Below are positions 57,621 through 64,000 of a DNA stretch of 64,000 bases, piece after piece. The notes beneath the pieces were generated by a model that saw only the letters and a list, made by a program, of their open reading frames with translations, ran no database searches and was not told where the DNA came from. Source of the DNA: Eledone cirrhosa (taxonomy: Eukaryota); assembly GCA_964016885.1 (NCBI GenBank), contig OZ024743.1, positions 335,358,001 to 335,422,000 of the forward strand. Direction: 5' to 3'. Position 1 is the stretch's first letter. Every line of letters starts with the position of its first letter. A program made the translations under genes and the position numbers.

Positions 57621-60600
57621 GTTCAAGAGTAAACAATCTTAAAGAGAGAGATGGAGATTGGAGAGGAGATAGGAGAGGAGACGAGAGATTGATTGGTGAA
57701 TTAGTTAGAAGCCAAAGCGTAAAGGCATGTGCTCAATGTGCAATATGCAGTGGTAGGCACCTAGGTGGCTGGGTTCATGCAGAGGTTAGGTGCACATAGC
57801 TGGAAATATTCATTAGTTAAGCAAAACAAGACCACACATTTCACAAGGAAGACATTATTAAAAGATTGTCAACATATTTTAGTTTGATGTAAGGAATGTA
57901 GAGAATAATAATAATAATAATAATTGTTTCTACTTTTGGCACAAGGCCAGCAATTATATCAGTGTGTTACTGGTACTTTATTTTATCGACCCCGTAAGGA
58001 TGAAAGGCAAAGTTAACCTCGACGGGATTTGAACTCAGACCATAAAGGGCCGTCACTCTTTGTTGCAAAGCATCGCGGCCGACTCTCTACCGATACTGCC
58101 AATCCACCGCCCTAAGAGAATAATAATAATAATATTAATAATACTAATGTCCGTTTACAATTGTTTCGCTACTCTATATAATGTTTCTGGATCAAATGAT
58201 TATAGATCATCATTGATCTGGTTCAGTTGAAAATAATTAACTTAGGTATAAATTAGAGCAGCTCATCGGAACTTCAAATGGAATATAAATTAAAATAAAG
58301 AAAGAATGTTACATGAAGGTAATGTTCCATATATTGGTATTTCACTATGGTGTCCTGGGTATATATATTGTCAGCCATAGTCGAGCTGTATTCTTCTGTC
58401 TAGGCTGCATTGTGTTAGATCTGTAAGAAGATGGCCGCCAATGGACATATTTACCTTACTAATTAGAGGGTGGTATCAGGGGAAGTAACTCCTCGAGAAA
58501 TTAGAAATTGTGGGTAGTTTATAGTTAAGAAGTGCTAATTTTTTAATTTATTAATTGAGAGACAATGTAAGGGAGGTACCTTATAATTATCTAAGTTAGC
58601 TGTAACTATTTAACTTATTACCTATAAGTAAAAATGGGGCTAGATGAATATGTGGGGTCAAATATTCTGTTGGCGAAGGAATTAGCCCTTCGATGTTGAC
58701 AGCTAATAGTTACCTCCGTTCTATCGTTAATCGGTAGTTGTCGTGATAGAGTTATCTAATATGCTTCGGTAAGACAGAGGTCACAAGTGTTTCTTCCGTC
58801 CATTGAACGGTTGGGCCCTAGCCAAGATATCCCATGTTATTGAGTGTTCAATGTTGGGTAATTTAAGATTTTTAATGAGCCTAGCTAGAGATGTCGAACA
58901 TCTGTTGTTAGGGTCTCGGAAGGAAAAAGAGTGCGCGTTATAGCGTACCTTAAAAGGGTTAGAGTAGAGCTGATATAGGAGCTGGTATGCGAAGCAGTTT
59001 TAACTGTGCACCTATGAAATATATTCGGTGTCAGGCAATGTCCATTTAGTGGGCATGCATTAGGGTAACGGCAGTTGTAGTTACTTCTGCGGTTAGTGAG
59101 AGTAGGTTTGTTTAAACTATGCGGTTGGTCCGTGCTAGAAGGATTAGATGGGGGAGGTGTGCTACTAGAGTAAGTATTGGTGTAGTGGCGTGGTGTATTT
59201 GATGTGGTGGTGGTACCGCAGTGTGGGAGTTATACTGTCTTAGTTTATGATGGTTATTGAATGCGATGTGGCTAGCTAGGTTAGGTATTGTGGAGAATGA
59301 GATTTTACTGTTGTTTTTATTAAAGAGTTTGTAATATCTATGGTTGGCGGGGAATGTTTAGATAGGATATAGAAGAAGCGTTTAGGGATATTAGTGGCTA
59401 GATTAGATGAGATTGGGGGGTGGGGGTTTCAAGCCAGGTGATATTTCTAGGCCTATTCCTTCTAGGGGTTCTAGTGGAGTTGGTAGGGGCCTTCATAGGG
59501 TTATTATTACCTGGGCATTTGTTATTTGTCATCCCATTGCTCATTCCTATTCTAGGGTTGATTTTTAGTTTGTTACTTGGAGTGGGAAGTAGGCTACAGC
59601 CACCATTAAGGTTCCCTGTATTGGTGCTGTTACTGCTAAAATTCCGGCGAATCTGGCTATATGCTAAGGTATTTCTAGTTCTAGTGTTAAGTTTATTATG
59701 GTTGTGGTGAAGTGCTGTGTTATGGCATTTAGGTATGTAGTAAATGGACTGTTCATAACCAGATTCAGAAAGAGCCTTATTATAATATGTCGCATGGTTT
59801 ATAAATATCTCCTCATTTGCTGATAACATGGAGATCCTATACGAGATAGATTTGATTACTGCTCTGATGACTGCCGGTGGGTTGTTAGAGTGCGGGCTAG
59901 TATATGTAAGTATTTCATCTGGTTTATGCTAAGATTAATATAGGTTATTGTTAAAATCTAGGGTAACGTCTAGGAAGTTTGCTACTTTATGGTTCGGCTC
60001 GATGGTGATAGAGAGACCGTTATTTTTAAAGAATCTATGTAATTGTTTTGTGAGCAAGTCAATGCTTCGATTAGTGCAATTGTGGACTGCAAATAGGGCG
60101 TCGTCCCTATATATTCCGCCTTGCAGGGGTTGGATTTCAGCTCTGATGTTATGTAATTGGTAAATTCCAACTAAATCGGTGATTTGCGCAGAGTCACTTG
60201 AGCCCATAGTGATGTCAAAGTTGTCTGTTCTGTCTTTTCTAGTCCAGAGTGCTGCGTTGAATTCAATGATGGTCTCCCTAGCCATATGTATGATGTCAAT
60301 CTCATTATTGGTTATGTCAGAGTTGGTGCTGGCTAGGGTTAATGCTTTGTTGAGCAGTGCCAGGGTTATTGAAGCGTAATAGCTGTCAATGTCAAATTGG
60401 AGGAACCTCATAGATTCCTTGGACCTTAGATCGGAGAACCATCTAATGACTTGGCCGGTTTTAGACCACAGCTTGTAGGGGATATCATCTCGTAGCCCAG
60501 GGATGATCCTATCAAGGATGTTCTTACTGATACGACACAAGTCAGATGTGGTTGGGCTTATAAGTCTAATAGATGGGTCCTCTATAAAGTTTGGCTCGTG

Positions 60601-61000
60601 ATCCTTGAGAGAAAACCTTGGGGTTGTAGGTACATAAGGGTGCGTAAATCTATCCAGATGCAAGTCCTTAACGAAAGCCTGGGCTTTTCGGTTAAGTAAG
60701 TTTACACTGGAGGGTATATATTTTTTTATAGTTTTTATTAAGTTCCTTAAGAAGGAAAGAGTTGTAAGTTTCAGGAGTCATGGTGTATAGATTTTTAGTT
60801 TTGTCAGACATAACATGTAAGAAGTGGCTATCTTTTAATTTTTTTATAGTTGCTGCTAGTTTTATGAGGAAATTATTCTTGTGTCTATAATGTTTTTTTG
60901 AATTTAATGCTCCCGACGAAGTTAAATAGATCTTTCTCAAAAGGGTCCAGCAGGATGTTGTACGGAGGTTCTTGCAAGTGTTAAATCCATATCTGTATGC
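57620..61000 (-). mobile_element. Near full-length PLE, decayed
   Basis: SDKTKNLY; FLQFDIDSYYASI; MGSSDSAQITDLVG; GGIYRDDALF; NFLDVTLD; RNITWLE; CDLCLTE..INDRTEVTISCQHR; hammerhead 58153-58272. Confidence 0.93.
57924..58111 (-). mobile_element. Full-length SINE in the PLE pLTR
   Basis: A/B boxes and core; AGAGAATAATAATAATAAT on both sides; empty site in the homolog at ~24560-24595. Confidence 0.9.
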
Positions 61001-61029
61001 TCTACTTCCGGCGTCAGCAGCACCAGCAA

Positions 61030-61415
61030 ACTCTATTCCATTTATCGTTTCGGTGTGCCCGGCCGACTGAACTCACTCGATATGCAAATTAGGCTGCGCA
61101 GCCGTTAATATGGAAAGTATATACTTTCATACGTTCAACCATCTGGCAGGAAGGTATACGATACTGACGATAGCTAATAAGCTTGAAACTAGTACATCGT
61201 TCCTGTGTCAGTGTTGAACAAAAAGGTGACGTGGTTGCCTAAACACTGAACGGCGTAATTCGGGCTGTTTGTTTGTTTACAAACAAACAAACCGAGCATT
61301 ATAATATATGTTCGGTAAACCGATACGTGCATATATATGTGTGTGCATGTATGTATATATATACGTACGTCTGTATACATATATGTATGTACGTATACAT
61401 ACATACTTACATTTA
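61030..61415 (+). repeat. Family J unit with hammerhead 61159-61199
   Basis: cgata-CTGACGA-tagctaataagctt-GAAA-ctag-TA-catcg. Confidence 0.85.
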
Positions 61416-61719
61416 TATATATATATATATACATACATTTACATACATACTAGTGTGAAACCCTGCATTATAAAAGAATATTAATCACTATAACTAGACT
61501 ATTTGTTGTATAATGAATTATGCATGTATTCATTATTTCAGAAGTATTTGTCATAATATTTTCTTTAAAATATAGGTTCTCTTTCTAAATTTTAGTTGTA
61601 TTTCAAAAACCCATTACAAAACATAATAACACCAATTCACACATAAAGAGACATACGTACATATATTGGTGGCCTACTGTATGGTTCCTTCTCAGCCGAT
61701 GACAGCCTTGCCAACACCA

Positions 61720-61771
<52 letters not shown>

Positions 61772-61889
61772 TATATATAAAAGAATATGGATATTCCAAC
61801 AGGTATAATATTTGTGGTTCGATGGTACTAATTTGAGATACCAGAACTATAAAAATGAGCGGAGCAAGCAGTTATCAAACAATCTTTTA

Positions 61890-62230
61890 AATAAATTAAA
61901 ACACGATTTAATATTCACCTGTTCTATTGCTGTTACCGTATTATAAGCTTGATGATCATATAGTGATATGATCATCAAGCTTATAATAACCAGCTTTTAC
62001 TTGTCGCCAAATTTCGCGTGTGTGTTACTTTAACAGCTTGACCGCATGCGTCGGGCAGGTAGCGAAATATTGACTTACTATGAGATTTGCACCCTTATGG
62101 TATGGAAATAAGATGTCTGAAGATCTAATCTTTCCATTGGAAATTCTCTGGATTTCCAATCTTTGGATTAGTGAAAGCGTCGGTAACAGCAATAGAGCAG
62201 GTGAATATTAAATCGTTTTTTTATTTATTT
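61890..62230. repeat. Nested inverted repeats
   Basis: 61890-61938 mirrors 62181-62230; hairpin TATTATAAGCTTGATGATCATAT..ATATGATCATCAAGCTTATAATA at 61939-61988. Confidence 0.8.
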
Positions 62231-62989
62231 AAGTAAGTAAGTAGGTGTAGTCGGATAAACGTCGAAACGGCTTGGTGGAATGCAACGAGAAAATTTGCAC
62301 AATTATGCAGAATGACCCGAGGAGGCGTTGGGTCGACTATCAAGCTACAAGCTTCCATGGTTACGGAGAAAATCGATGAAACCGGAATTTCCCATTCAAA
62401 TTGAACTGAGAGTAATCTGTGAACGCAGAAGTAAATATTTCGAGAAACGTTGCAACCGAAGGAAAACAGGAAGACGAAATTTTTTTTCCTGAAGACGTTC
62501 CCTGGCAATGAACGGAAAAATAGTGAGGATAATACGTCGTTATGTGGAGCGTGAAGAACAATTTCATGCAAAGACAAGACCAAATTTATGGTATAAATGG
62601 AATCGTTAGACTAATATTCTATTTAAAATAACAGAATGATTTCCAGCACCGGAGTTTAAGAATGATGTAAATTAAATTGAAAACGAAAATGACAGAGGTT
62701 ATTAAAATAGTAAAAGTAAATAGTGAAGATTTAGGCCAGTACATACGTATGCCGCGACGGACATACACATACATACGCACACACACACACGCACACACAC
62801 TCGCGCAGGCGCGCGTATGTATAAACCTTATGCATTTTTACAGTATTTTCACCAAACTTAAGACATAGGTTACTTATGTACTCCGGATGGTCATAGGCAT
62901 TTTCATTTTTCCAGATATTGATTATAAGGCCTCCCGGCAGATAACCTCCTTTAACCGCTTGCTTGGAGTCAACTGAAGCACTGCAGTGC

Positions 62990-63840
<851 letters not shown>

Positions 63841-63918
63841 ATATATATATATATATTTTTATCGATCGAATTTCGTCAAATCGGACCGAGGAAACAATGT
63901 TTCCGTTGGTCTTTCCAA

Positions 63919-63976
<58 letters not shown>

Positions 63977-64000
63977 TATCAGATTAAAGTTTAAGCAAAG

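Overview
AT-rich, microsatellite-saturated eukaryotic DNA with no intact host gene I can recognise. The dominant tRNA-derived SINE resembles octopus SINEs, so a cephalopod source is likely (inference). Most ORFs in the track are (TA)n/(CA)n/(GA)n translation artefacts. The window is a nested array of Penelope-like retroelements (PLEs: RT + GIY-YIG endonuclease), about 12 decayed or truncated copies. Around them are many short non-coding PLE-terminal (pLTR) modules, usually folded back as inverted repeats and almost always embedded in (TA)n. By eye, these modules carry about 45 type I hammerhead-ribozyme motifs in about 13 sequence families. Nearly all have a minimal, self-complementary stem III that implies activation by dimerisation. 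Three families carry the compensatory U3-A8 core and several carry C at position 4. Two tandem arrangements (a ~420-bp unit and a ~1.29-kb unit) look retrozyme-like. Also present: 8 SINE copies (two inserted independently into the same ribozyme arm), a deleted mariner, CR1/L2-like and RTE-like LINE remnants, hAT- and Helitron-like ends, and one candidate microexon. All RNA structures were assigned by manual base-pairing, not computed.
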